Part shown: piece after piece, positions 11,984 to 23,397 of the stretch
Layout: each line of letters starts with the position of its first letter
Numbering within the stretch: the first letter of the stretch is position 1
Source of the DNA: Hyaloraphidium curvatum SAG 235-1
Taxonomy: Eukaryota; Fungi; Monoblepharomycota
Reading direction: 5' to 3'
Length of the DNA stretch: 64,000 bases
Assembly (NCBI GenBank): GCA_025558095.1
Contig: JAIVFI010000030.1
Span: 525,909 to 589,908, forward strand
Position numbers and translations under genes: made by a program
The notes under the pieces: generated by a model
Database searches by the model: none
Told to the model about the DNA's origin: nothing
The model's input: only the letters and a program-made list of their open reading frames with translations

Positions 11984-12201
11984 GGTCTGGTGAAATGCGG
12001 CGGAGTCAGCGAGGGGGCGGATTGCGCCGGGGGCCTCAGGTGTGCGCAGGCGAAGCTCGGAACGCACAGTAGAGTCGTGCGGGAGGTATTGCTGGAGATT
12101 GTTTCGGTGGCGTTTGTTCGTGAACGTTGTTGGTGAGTCTGTGGGAGTCAGACGGACGCGAGGAGGCCCGGCCGGATGCACCTCGGTGGCTGGAGTATGA
12201 T

Positions 12202-13576
12202 TCACTTTCGACGCATCTCATCTCCCAGGCCAGGTTTGTGATCGGATGCCGCGAGAAGGTGACGGAAAGTGAGGACGCAAACATCCCGAAGCCGGTGTCG
12301 CAGGGCGCACGGTGATGTCCTTGGTAGACGGGTTGACCTCCTCCTAGCACCCTCTCCTTTGAGCTCCCGACCGGCAATTTCATCAGCCGTACCTGCGGCT
12401 CCCGTCGCTAGTTCCTGCGATCGGGATGTGCCTAGCTTGAACCCGTGTGCCCTGGCCGAATGAGGTGAGTTGGCTGCACCGCCACACCCGCCACCTTGCT
12501 GGCGAGTCACAACATCCACATTCAAAAATGGACAACGAACGGAGAGAATGGCGGGCTGGCTGCAAGGGTGCCCATCTTTGCGGTTGCAGGCCTCGGTGTT
12601 CAGGCCCTTCCGCTCGGCGCCCTGGCGCATCTTCATCTCGCGCGGCGCGCCTTCGCCGAGGACGCGGTTCCGGCGAAGGTGGGCGTCCTCGGAGCCGGCG
12701 GGGGAGAGGTCCAGGTAGGTCCGCGTGACCGGGTCGGCCTCGACGGCGGCCACGGCCCGCCTGACGGTGTCGGTGGCGGCCGCCTCGGCCCGCAGGTCGG
12801 CGGCGACATCCTCCGCGGTCGGCTCGGCATCGTCGGAGCCGCGGCGGTCGCGGATGCGGCCCACGCTGCGCTTGTAGGCGCGCGTGGCGGCTGCGTTCGC
12901 GGTGCGCGCCAGCCGCCTGTCCCGCTGCTTCTGCTGGATCAGGCGTTCGAAGTCGGCCGAACCCTGCTGCGCAGCCTGTCCCAGCCTCTTGAGCGCCCTT
13001 TCCGCGCAATCCAAGTTGCAGTACTGCTCCTTCTCCGTGCGGTGCTTGACGTTCTGGTTGATCCCCCGTGGCCGCACTCGGAGCAGGTCTGCGAGGGCGG
13101 GTACGACGGCTTGGCCTTCTTGGAGCGCTGTGCGACCGGAGCGTTCTCGTCGTTGCTATCGTCGGCGTCGTCGACGTCGACGCGGCTCTTGCGCTTCCGC
13201 GCCGGCGGTGACGGCGGTTCGGGGTCCGCGGCCGTGCGCCGAGCGGGTCTCCTGGGCGGGGCTAGAAAGGGGCAAATCGGATCAGGGCCGTGGCAGACGG
13301 CTTTGCAAGTGATGTAATACCATCGTCCGAGTCGGAAGGGTCGGCGATCTCGGGGTTGAAGTCGTCCTCAGGGTCCGATTCGGTGACCGCCGTCCCGCGA
13401 CGATCGAGACCGGCGAGAGGGTCGGGCGAAGGCGGGAAAACGGCGCCACCGGCTGCGGCAGATCCGTTTCGGCGGGCACCGGTTGCGCGGCGGAGGATTC
13501 GGCTCCGGGGGGCGGGAGATTCGTCCTGCGCCGGCGCGACTTGCTCGCCGCGCGGGGCGCCGTCCCCACGCGCCAT
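12202..13576 (-). pseudogene. Orphan nuclear-type protein with CCHC-like zinc knuckle; frameshift in a G5 run (13063-13067)
   Basis: Exon ...DPSDSDD, intron 13320-13262, RKRKSR..KKAK, CSECGH|GINQNVKHRTEKEQYC broken by a 1-nt shift. Confidence 0.45.
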
Positions 13577-14429
13577 CGCGCTGGGCACGTGCGGCAGACC
13601 CACGGGCGCACGGAGAATTGCCACAGCAAGCCGGGGGCGCCTCTTCGCGTCCGGGCTGCCGTTGGTGCGCGCGCAGCGCCGGGGAAGAGAAACGACCTTC
13701 GGGGAACCGTCCGCGGCGGCAAAGACCCGCAATGCTGACGCCAGCTCGCGAACAATCGCCCGATGTACTCGCACAGTGGGCACCTCGAAAACGAGGAGCA
13801 ATTTCTTCGTAGGAGGCGCCGGAATGGAGTGCGCCCGGTGAATTCGCGATCCGTCCGTACGGGGCCGGCGATCGCCGGCTTCGAGGCGCCCTCAGGAACC
13901 CCATGCTTCGCGATGCCTCGAATAGGAAGTCGAACGTTGGTGTTTCTGATTGTTGGCACGGGCTCCTCTAGGAGCCTGAGTTGCACCCGCGGCCGGGAAT
14001 AGCGGCTTGTTCGGCTTTGATCGGGTCGGACGCCTCACGCTCAAAGCTACCTAAAGCCGCCTTGCGTATTGGCCCGTTGCCGCGCCATCTCACCAATGAT
14101 GCCGGCTCCGCAAAGAAAATTCCGGGGTCGTTGAGAGTTAGGGAGGCGCGGGCGCGGTCCGGTGTAGCCCAGGGTGATCTTCGGCCCGACTGGGCAACGG
14201 TTGGCTAGGACGGGCCAGGCGGTGAACACCTAACCCGACCCTGCCCCATCTATCCCAGATCGCAACATGCAAGTGCCCAAAGCTGTCATCGTCAACTATC
14301 TGGAACCAGGGCACCCTGTCGCGGCCCGCAGCGCCACCGCGGCCATCGCCAAGCCCGCGGCCTCGTCGCAACCCCTCGCCGTAGAACGACGATGAGGGCG
14401 CCCTGGCCTTCACGTTTAGGCGCGCGCCT

Positions 14430-14469
14430 CCGACTCCGACGACTCCGACGACTCCGACGACTCCGACGA
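14430..14469 (+). repeat. 9-bp tandem repeat (CGACTCCGA) x~4
   Basis: cgactccgacgactccgacgactccgacgactccgacga. Confidence 0.85.
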
Positions 14470-15197
14470 TTTCCAAAACGCGGGCTCTACGCTTTTGGAC
14501 ACGCCCCCCTTGGTCCCAACACCATCCACCACCCGTCGACCACAGGATCTGTCAGAGCACGCTCCAGCTGCATCGCAAGGGGTGCCTTCTCGGGGCTCCA
14601 GGGCAACGAGATGGAGGAGCTGGCGGGGGGCGTAGCCGTGCAGAGCTCGTAGTCAGCGCAGGCCGAAGACGTTGCACTCGAACTCGCCTCAGGTTCTTCT
14701 GCGGCCCGCCAGCCAAGTCCCGAGCCACCTCCACGCGCCTACTATGCCCCAAAATAAGCTCCCGGGAGCGCGACGTCGATCCCTCCGGCCGCATCTGGGG
14801 TCGCGGCGACGGGGGTCACCCAGGCCAGAGAATGCCCCCGGCAAGGCCCCGCGGCCCTCCACGGCCCCAGCGACCGTCCCGCCGGCCATATCTGAACCAA
14901 AATAGTCCGTTGGCGGCGCGGAAGGGGGCACCGCATCGCTCTTGCTGGATTGCTATTCTTTGTGTGTGTGTTGGGAGCCGCGGGCCACCACCGACCCGCG
15001 GGGGCCCCCGGCCGACCTGCCGGGTGACGCCCACACGCCCCAAAAGGTTTCAAGTGGGGGAATCGCAGAGATTCCGATGACGCGACCTCGTGCGCGGTGT
15101 TGGGGGTCGTTGGGGGTCGGGGGCTGCCCGCTGCCCCGTGTCCCTCTAGCCCGGCCCGCAACCAACACCTCCAAGCTACCTGGCAAAGCAAAAAGAA

Positions 15198-15280
15198 TTC
15201 CCGAGCCGGGAATCGAACCCGGGCCGCCAGAGCACTCTTGGGTTGAGAGTCTGGAATACTGACCACTGTACTACTCGGGG
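15198..15280 (-). tRNA. tRNA-Glu (anticodon CUC) with 11-nt canonical intron
   Basis: CCCCGAG TAGTACAGTGGTCAGTATT CCAGA CTCTCA[acccaagagtg]C TCTGG CGGC CCGGG TTCGATT CCCGG CTCGGGA A, then TTCTTTTT terminator; C1:A72 mismatch. Confidence 0.9.
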
Positions 15281-17796
15281 CGGTACTTGGTAGTTCGGTT
15301 GCGACGGAGTACTGATTCATGAACTGCTCACAGCACAGGCTCACCGGACGCCATGCGACGATCTGTACCAACCTGCCCATACATGCACCAGGAGGAGCTT
15401 TGTGGTCACCCACAGAATATTCTGCCGTTCCGGTGACGATCCGGGTAAGCAGATGTGGGATTTGGAAGGCGTTCGCGGGCGACTGGTGCGAACGGAGACC
15501 ACGGTCCAGACTGCGGACCTCATGCGGCCCGCTGAGGTCGGTTCCGGGTTGCGCCGGCTACGGAAGGACGGATATCCCGCCGAACCTGATAGCTGCACGA
15601 AACGTACCCCACGATCCTACATTTCCGCCCCTGGAACGAGCCTACAGGTCGCGGAAATCCCATGGGGCACCTTGCCCCCGTGAACCGCTCGGACAACAGC
15701 CCACCTCCTCCCACGACGCGACCTGTCCTACTTTCTCTATCCTCCATCGCACTCTGGGGCCCTGCGCATTACGCGACGCTCCGCACCGCCCGCCGCGCGG
15801 AGGCCCGGACGCGAGCCCGTCGGACGTCCCACTGGACGCCGCGTCTGGCCCGAATCAACTGCTCCGCCGGCCACCGGGGACCGGACGCCCGCGACGTTCC
15901 GCAGCGGGGCGAGGTACTGTATCAGGCGTTGTGGCGAGCCGGGGGACGACTCGATCGCCGACTAGGCACGTTCTTGACCTTCCCGCATTCCAGTCTCCAC
16001 CACTGCAGCGGCTTCCGGGGGCGGGGAACACGAGTCCGACAGTGCATAATCCGTTGGAATTGCCGCAGGCGCGGTCGGACTCCCTCGGCGGGAGAGCCGT
16101 TCGGGGGAGGCAACCGAGGAACGTCGACGGTGCGGTCGCCATCGCGCCCTCCGACCCCAACGCCCGCAGTGCGTGGCGCGGCAGCGTGCCGAGCCGCCGT
16201 GGCAGTCTCGATGGCGCGGCCCGGAACAGCGGCCGCGGGCCCATCGGTGCCGGCGTCGGTCCCCCGCCCCGCCCCGCGCGCCCGCATCGTCGCCCCCGCA
16301 CCGTCGTCCCGCACCGGCCGGCGGGCGTCATCCTTGCCGCTGCGGTGGCAAGCGTCCCGCCGTGCTAGTCGTGCTTTTCGATCGCTGCACATCGGACGGC
16401 GGGGACGGAGCCGCGAACCGCTTCACCTGCCGCGGGGCGTGCGCCGGGCTCGATGACGACCTTGCCATGGAGCCCGCGCATCCCGTGCGCTCCATGGCAG
16501 AGCGCGCCACCATGCTGCTGGCCGAACCCCCCCGTACCGCCCTCCTTCGCCGTGCCTCCCGAGCACGTGCCCCCGAGCCTCTCCTGCCCCGCCCCTCTCT
16601 GCCCTCTCGTCGGCCCCATCTGCATCTCGCTCGGGCAACTCCGCCGCCGTCGGCCGCCTCACCGACCCGCGGCACGGCCTCGCTTGCCGCCGTGGAGCCC
16701 CGGCCCGTCGCGGTCATTTGGGGGCGGCCTGCCGATACGCGAGGCGGCCAGCGGAGGCTTCGACGAGGAACGGCGGCGCTGGCGAGCGCGACGGAGCTTT
16801 CATGGAAGAGCTCTTTCCCTCTGAGCCCGGCGCGGCGAGCATGAAGTATTCGCGGCCCGACTCAGACGGGTCGTCGGACGTGGAGGGCGACGGGAAGATG
16901 GAGTGCAAGACGGCAACGGAGGATGAGAAGGGGCATGTGAGGCACCTGAGGTTCTGGACGAGGGTCCGAGTGCCTCTCTCGGCCCAGTCGAGGAGGACTC
17001 CGGACGAGTGCGATCCCGGCCGGCCGCGGCCTGGGTGCCCTCCCAGCCCCGCTCCTCCCCGCCATCCGCCATCCCCCTCCTCTCCCCTGTGATCGCCGCC
17101 CCCGCTGGCACGCCTCAAGCGCCACCAGCTCAGCCACCATCGCGCTAGCGCGAGGCCAGATGTGCCACTGCACATGGATCTCGAGTCGAACGACGGCGAC
17201 GGGAACACCCCTGTAGTCGGAGCGTGAATTGAACCGGATCGAATCCAATCCATCTCTATTCAACGGCGGTGGCACCTTTCCGGAGCCCTGTTCGGTTTCG
17301 CACATTCCGCACACTCGTCGTTCGGCTGCTGCCGCTCCGAGGCGCAACGGCAGCAGGGCTTCCCGTTGCACCTCCAGTAATAATCAGGCCCGAAGGCCCG
17401 CACACCACCTCCAACCTTCTTCTTTGTGTGCCAGAAGCGGCCACCGGGTAGCCCCTTCTGCCACCTGTGAAGCTGGCTGCTTCGAAGAGCGGCCTCCTCA
17501 GCGTCGAGCCTCGACAGGTGGCGGTAAAGGCACGCGGCTTTGTCTCCGCGGGGGCAGTTACCGCAAACAAAGCGGTCCGGATCCTGAGCAAAGAGCCTGC
17601 AGATGCAGCAAGCATCTATCCAGGACGTGCAGCCACCCGCGCAGAAGGGGTCCCGCACGAAGGGGGGTTCCGGCGCCGCAAGCTGCTGCCACCGCGTGCA
17701 GTCCAGCGACCGGCCCTCCTCGCACGCCGCGAGACGTGCACCGCAAACCCCTTGGCGGCCCCGTCCGCACCCGCCAGCATACCCTGACCATGGATG

Positions 17797-18154
17797 TGAC
17801 TGCGGGCAGCTTTGCCCCCAGGAGCCGCTGGGCGGGGGGGCGCAGAGGCGGGGGGAGTTGGGGGCCACGATCGGGGGGTTTCTGCGGGCGGCCATCCTGC
17901 AGCAAGGGTCCGCACGGCGGCCTGCTGCAGGCCCCGGCGATCGCATGAGATCAGGAGAAGTGGCGTGAGGTTGGTCAACGCGGGTATTGGCTGCCGATCC
18001 TTGCGGTCCAGGGCTCGTCGTCGTTCCCCCGCGGGAGGATGCCACAACCGCCCGAGGTCGTGCCAAGGCTAGGTGAGGGCGCCGCCCGCCATCTGATGCC
18101 AGCTCTTTAATCGCTCTAGTGGGGGTCATCGAGAGACAATGCGTATCAGAGCAC
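17797..18154. repeat. ~360-bp dispersed direct repeat, copy 1 (copy 2 at 20711-21065)
   Basis: Colinear by eye; last ~60 bp almost identical. Confidence 0.85.
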
Positions 18155-18261
18155 TGTTCCGGCGTGCGCGGACGATCGGCGCGCTCAACGGTGCACCAGC
18201 CAATCGGCGATGAGGGCTCGGAGTGCCAACCCCGCAACGACGGACGCTACACACGCCCGCC

Positions 18262-19764
18262 ATGACCCCGAAGGAGCTCCTCGCCGTGCTCCCGCGCATC
18301 TCCGTGCTCCAGTCCCCGCTGCCCGGCCTCGCCGCGGAGCCGGACGCGGAAACGCTCGCCGCCGTCGCGCTCTCCGCGGAAAACCCGCCGACGCCCCGCG
18401 CCCTCGCCGGGGCCGCGGCCCGCACGTCTCGGCTGCTGGGCGTCCTCGCGGGATTCTCGCTGCCCCTCGCGGCACCGGGGAGGCGCTGGCTCTACCTTTC
18501 GACGTTGTGGGGCAGCGTGCCGGGCGTGATCCTTTCCGTCGCGCTGTACCCGCTGATCGCGTCTGCCGCCGGCCCCGCCGACCCCGCCGCCGCGTTCGGC
18601 TCCGTACGCATCGCCGTGGGCGCGGCGGGCATCGCGTGGTTCGTCCTGACGTCGGCCGCCACGGTGTCCCGCATCCCGTACGACGCCGGGACCCGCCCCG
18701 AGAACCACATGCTGGCCGTGCTCGCGAGATGGCTGGACGTCGCCGGCTCCGGACCCCGGTCGGAGCAACTGGTGAAGGCCGAGGACGGAGCCGCCGGGGA
18801 CAGCGGGCTTGCCGTGCACATGGACGGGGACGCGGACTGCCCCTGCGCGCGGGACACCTGCGCCGGACGCGCGGGCACGCACGCGGCTTTCTTCTTCCTG
18901 GCGGACTGTGCCCTCCGGTTGCCGCTGCTCGTGCTCTCCTACGCCGTACTCCCGATTTGGACCCCCGCCTTTTCCGGTGGCAGGGTCCTCTGGAGCACCT
19001 GGTGGGGCTGCCTCCTCGGAGCCTCGGCGATCGCCATCGCCTTCCTCATGGCCATCACGATGCTCGCCCTCGCCTTCATCTCGCCACGACCGCCGGTCAC
19101 GCGACTTTCGGCGCGACTGCAGCGCCGCGCCGTCTCCGTCCGCCTCGCCGCCCTCGTGCGCCGGTACCGCGTGCTCCTCCTCGCTCCCACCGAACCGGCA
19201 CACCCCGTGGGGCAGCCCGCCCCGTTCGAGCCGTACGAGCCACTCCTCCGCCACCTCGTCTCGTCGTGGTCCGGCATCCGATCTGCCAGCGCCTCGGGCG
19301 TGCAGCGCATCTCCCTCGTTGGCCTCCTCCTCCTTCCCCCGTTCGTCGCCAACCTCGCCCTCTCGTGCATCCCCGCGTGGGAAGTCGCCGTGCTCCTCTG
19401 GTGGGCCGTCTTTGTCCTGCAGTACCTGCTGGACTACGCCGCCGCCAACGCGCGCATCGGCACCTCCGAGGCGGCCGTCCGCGCCGCGCGCGGCGAGATC
19501 CTCGCCTTGCTCGCCGCCGCCCGCGAATCGGGCAGCTGCACCGACCCGGCGCGGGCGGAACGCGCCGCCGCCCTGTCTGCGCACGGGGACAGGCTTGCGG
19601 CGTTCCTGGGCGCCGCCGAGCCCGCGCGGTTCTTCGGGTTCCCGGTGGGCTACGGGACCGTCAGGACGCTCTTCGTCACGATGCTCACCCTGGTGTTTGC
19701 CGCATGGGGGTTGCTGCGGGCGCTCGGGGTACGGGTGGTGCTCGAGTCGTACTGTCCGCTGTGA
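18262..19764 (+). CDS. Intronless multi-pass membrane protein, candidate gustatory-receptor-like / DUF3537-like 7TM ion-channel family member
   Basis: ~6-7 hydrophobic segments; C-terminus ARFFGFPVGYGTVRTLFVTMLTLVFAAW resembles the GR/DUF3537 TM7 region. Confidence 0.6.
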   Translation: MTPKELLAVLPRISVLQSPLPGLAAEPDAETLAAVALSAENPPTPRALAGAAARTSRLLGVLAGFSLPLAAPGRRWLYLSTLWGSVPGVILSVALYPLIASAAGPADPAAAFGSVRIAVGAAGIAWFVLTSAATVSRIPYDAGTRPENHMLAVLARWLDVAGSGPRSEQLVKAEDGAAGDSGLAVHMDGDADCPCARDTCAGRAGTHAAFFFLADCALRLPLLVLSYAVLPIWTPAFSGGRVLWSTWWGCLLGASAIAIAFLMAITMLALAFISPRPPVTRLSARLQRRAVSVRLAALVRRYRVLLLAPTEPAHPVGQPAPFEPYEPLLRHLVSSWSGIRSASASGVQRISLVGLLLLPPFVANLALSCIPAWEVAVLLWWAVFVLQYLLDYAAANARIGTSEAAVRAARGEILALLAAARESGSCTDPARAERAAALSAHGDRLAAFLGAAEPARFFGFPVGYGTVRTLFVTMLTLVFAAWGLLRALGVRVVLESYCPL

Positions 19765-19789
19765 TGCTTGGCGGCTCCACGGAATGCTC

Positions 19790-20710
19790 TTGGATATTGA
19801 TACGGTCTGATGGAAGCGATCGCGTAGCTGAAGGACGGCCCCGCGGACGTGAACTGTATCGAGTTGTCGAATCCGACGCGAGCCTCCTCACGTCCCGCAT
19901 GCCCCGTGGGAGGGAAAAGGGAGCAGGTCGGCCAGAGCCTCCTTCGGGGCGTGCAGAAAACCTCCAACTTCCTACCCGCAGAGTGCCGCTGACCGAACGT
20001 CGGGAAACTGGGCACGATGTGCGTCGTTCTGAAATCGGAGAGCATCGTGTTCGACCTACCATAAAACTCGTCCGAATCCTCGCCTCCGCACTCGCAAATG
20101 CTCACGTCGTCCCAGTCCATGATGCTGTTCCAGAATCCGAGCTCCAAGTGCTACGCGTCGTAGTGCTCGACGCCATGCAGCGCGCCGTGCACCCCGTCAA
20201 TCCTAAGGTTGGTGCCACCGCTTCGGAGTGAAGAGCCGATGTCACGTAGCTGGGTCTCATCAAGCGCGCTGAGCTTCATTTCGCGGATCTTTAGCTCCTT
20301 CAGCCCCGTGCCGACGCCCTCCGATCAAGCAGCCTGACGAAATCACCGGGAGCTCGACCGTTTCGAGGGAGTCCCTAACCCTAAGCAGCAGTTTCGGAAA
20401 CGAAGGGCCGCCAGCGGCGTCTCTTGCAGCGCGCCAGTCATCCAACGGGTCGCCAGCAGCGTCCCCCTCGAACTCGTCCTCGTCCTCGTAGGAAGCGTCG
20501 CTGATATCCCGGTAAGCGAGCGTGCACAGGTTCTTTGCCATCTGTCCGATCAGGGGAATCAGCCTGCGGAGTTCGGCCAGCTCGCCCACGTCGAGCTCCT
20601 CGACGTTCACGCAGAGCTTCGGAATCTCCTCCTCGACGGCGAGCGAGCCCGACAACGACAGCTTCTGTGCGTGCGAGAACTTGTCGATGCCTTGCGAGTC
20701 CTCCAGGCGC
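19790..20710 (-). pseudogene. Decayed LRR-like gene
   Basis: LxxLxL segments (VEELDV, LCTLAY, LETVEL, LKELKI) interrupted by frameshifts and stops. Confidence 0.45.
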
Positions 20711-21065
20711 TGACTGCGTGCAGCTTTGCCGTCCGGAGCCGCCGTGCGGTGGGGTGCAGACGCGGGGCGGAGTGAGGGGCACGATCTTGGGTGTTCTGCG
20801 GGCGGCCATCCAGCGGCACGCTCCTCACGGCGCTCTCCTGGTGGCCCCTGCGATCGCATGAGATCGGGAGAAGTGGCGTGAGCTTGTTCAACGCGGGGAT
20901 TGGCTGCGGATCTTTGCGGTCCGGGGCTTATCGTTCCGCGGCCGAGAAGATGCCGTCAACCGCCCGAGGTGGTGGCAAGGCGAGGTGCGGGTGCGCCCGC
21001 CATTTGATGCCAGCTCTTTGATCGCTCTAGTGGGGGTCATCGAGAGACAATGCGTATCAGAGCAC
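20711..21065. repeat. ~360-bp dispersed direct repeat, copy 2
   Basis: See 17797-18154. Confidence 0.85.
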
Positions 21066-21193
21066 GAATTGCGGGCCCATGGTAGCAAGTGCGGGCAGCG
21101 GTCCTTCCCGCGCGTTCGATCGGCGACGGAAACGCGTTCTCTCGCCGCGCGCGCTTCAACACCTCCTCGTCTCGATCCGGGCTAAAATCCACG

Positions 21194-21850
21194 ATGCGCA
21201 TCGCGGTTTTCGGCGGCACCGCCGGCGTCGGCCTCTCCTTCGCGCGGCAGGCCTCGCCCGCGCACTCCCTCGCCGTCCTCGCGCGCGACCCCGCCAAGCT
21301 CGCCGGCCTCCCCGTGCGCGCCGTGGCGGGCAACATCGCGCTGCCCGGCAGCGAGCCCGCCGTGGACGACGTGCTGCGCGGCGCGGAAGCCGTGTTCGTC
21401 TCGCTCGGCGCGCGGATGGGCGATCCCGCGCCGGGGCAGGCCGAGGTGTGCTCCGCGGGCCAGGCGAGGATCATGGAGGCGCTGGCGAGGCGGTGGGCCG
21501 CCGAGCCGTGGCAGGGGAAGCTCAGGATGGTGGTGGTGACGAGCATCGGGTGCGGCGCGACCAAGGGGGACATCCCGGAGCGGGTCTATTCCTTCCTGGA
21601 GCCGGCGCTGAGGGACAAGGACCTGCAGGAGGCGCTGCTCTTCCACCTGGGTCAGCCGCTGGCGTCGGCGATCGAGTGGTCCATCGTGCGGCCCGGTGGG
21701 CTCACGGACGATCCGCCGAGGGGGTACCGTTCGGCGCCGGGCGGGATCAGGGGGGTCACCACGAGGGCGGACGCGGCGGCGTACTGCCTGGCGGTGCTCG
21801 AGGGAAGGGAGCCGGCGGGGAACGCGGCGGTGTCGGTGATCTCCATCTAG
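21194..21850 (+). CDS. NAD(P)H-binding atypical SDR / flavin reductase (BLVRB-like), intronless
   Basis: MRIAVFGGTAGVG, LARDPAKL, VVVTSIG, DKDLQE, WSIVRPGGLTD, RADAA. Confidence 0.85.
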   Translation: MRIAVFGGTAGVGLSFARQASPAHSLAVLARDPAKLAGLPVRAVAGNIALPGSEPAVDDVLRGAEAVFVSLGARMGDPAPGQAEVCSAGQARIMEALARRWAAEPWQGKLRMVVVTSIGCGATKGDIPERVYSFLEPALRDKDLQEALLFHLGQPLASAIEWSIVRPGGLTDDPPRGYRSAPGGIRGVTTRADAAAYCLAVLEGREPAGNAAVSVISI

Positions 21851-21964
21851 GGCGGTTGGTCCGAGGTCAACAGAAGGAGTTTCTAGTACTTGTAGCTTCT
21901 CCAAAGGCAAAACGACGCAGTCACGAAACGCCGGGCGACCGACGTCCCCTCAACCTCAAGGACG

Positions 21965-23003
21965 CTAGCAGCCCTCCCCCGGCCCGTTGTGCAGGATCGC
22001 CGCCTTGGGCCACATCGGGCAGTGCGGCGCGCACGAATCCCTGTGGGTGTCGTAGTACGCCAGCACGGCCCAGTCCTCGGTGCGGCCCTCGGGCCGGCCC
22101 ATGTTGGGGGGCAGGTACAGCGCGGGCGGGATGAGCCACCACGACGAGGCCGTGGTCAGGGGGTTGAAGCTGCGGTGGCTCGGGGGGCGGAAGTTGCAGC
22201 CTGCCGGCGGGGACGAGTCAGAGCCGTGCCGGCGAGGGGCACGCCTCGGGAGGGGAACTTACCTGTGCCGGGAGCGTTCGCCTCGCAGTACAGGTTGTTC
22301 TGGGCGTCGGTGCGGACCAGGAGCACCTCGTAGCACCAGGACTGGGGCAGGGTGGACCACAGCGGGCCCTGGTTCACCAGCACGCCCGTCAGGCCGGCCT
22401 TGGTGGTGATGCGGCGGCGGGTCGTGGTCTTCTTGCGGCGGGTCGTGGTCTTGCGGCGCTTGGTCGTCGTCTGATGGGGGAGCGGTGAGGTCAGGCGCCG
22501 TCGCGCGCGGGCGGGCGAAACTGCCAGGTCACACCTTCCGGCGCTTGGTCGTCGTCTTGCGGCGCGAGGTCGTCGCCCAGCACGCCGCGGGGTCGACGGG
22601 CAGGCTGGCCGCCAGGCACGTCGAGCACGGGCTGCCGCCATCGCGGGAACCGGAGGTCATCAGCCCCTCATCCCGCCCCACATCGCGCGCCAACCCACGA
22701 GCACTTGTCGCAGGTCGCGCAGAGCGACGCCTGGCAGCACGTCGAGGCGCACTCGGTGCCATTGGCACAGGCGGCGCCGACCGGGCCGGATTGCCTACCG
22801 GCGGGCGCGGCGGGGCAGGCGGGGAGGAGCGATGCGGGCAGCGGAGGGCCGTAGGAGCGGGATTAGCGCCGCTCGAGGGCTGCGCTGCCTCCCAGGGCCC
22901 ACCTCGCGACGAGCCTGGAGTCGGAACCGGCGGTCGCGCCCGGCGCGGCAACGACGGCCGCGGCGACGGCGGCCACGGCCAACAGCACGAGGAACGCGCG
23001 CAT
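21965..23003 (-). CDS. Secreted Cys-rich protein with basic Thr-rich linker (TTTKRRK repeats), 4 introns
   Basis: Signal MRAFLVLLAVAAVAAAVVA; CANGTECASTCC..; TTTKRRK/TTTRRK repeats; introns keep the frame to TAG 21965. Confidence 0.7.
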
Positions 23004-23397
23004 CGTTGCCTTCCGGTGGCCGGCGCTGCGGAAGGACGGGCGGAGGGTCGGGGGATCGACTGTCCGCTGCGCCTCGTCCGACTTTGTTGCGCACCCTCCC
23101 GTTTTGGGAGCGCGTCAGCCCGCACCTTACGCACAGGGATCGGCCGGCCGCGGAGCACTCGATGAAGAAGTCGATGGGGTGACCAGGTAGCAGCATTTCG
23201 CCGACGAAATGTCTCGCGGCTGGTGGAATGGAGACGTCGGAGATTCACAAAAGGTGGGCACAAGGAGACCCTGGCCGCGGAGCGTCGTTGAATAGTGGAC
23301 CCGATCCTCGGCCGCCCTCGAGAAAGGCGGACGTGCAGCTTCGCCTGGCTCCGACTTATTGATATCCCGCACAATAGATGACCGACACCCGACAGCT

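Noticed and set aside
15320-17790. Possible genes between tRNA-Glu(CUC) and the 360-bp repeat
   Set aside because: No frame gives a recognisable or consistent protein; probably decayed sequence
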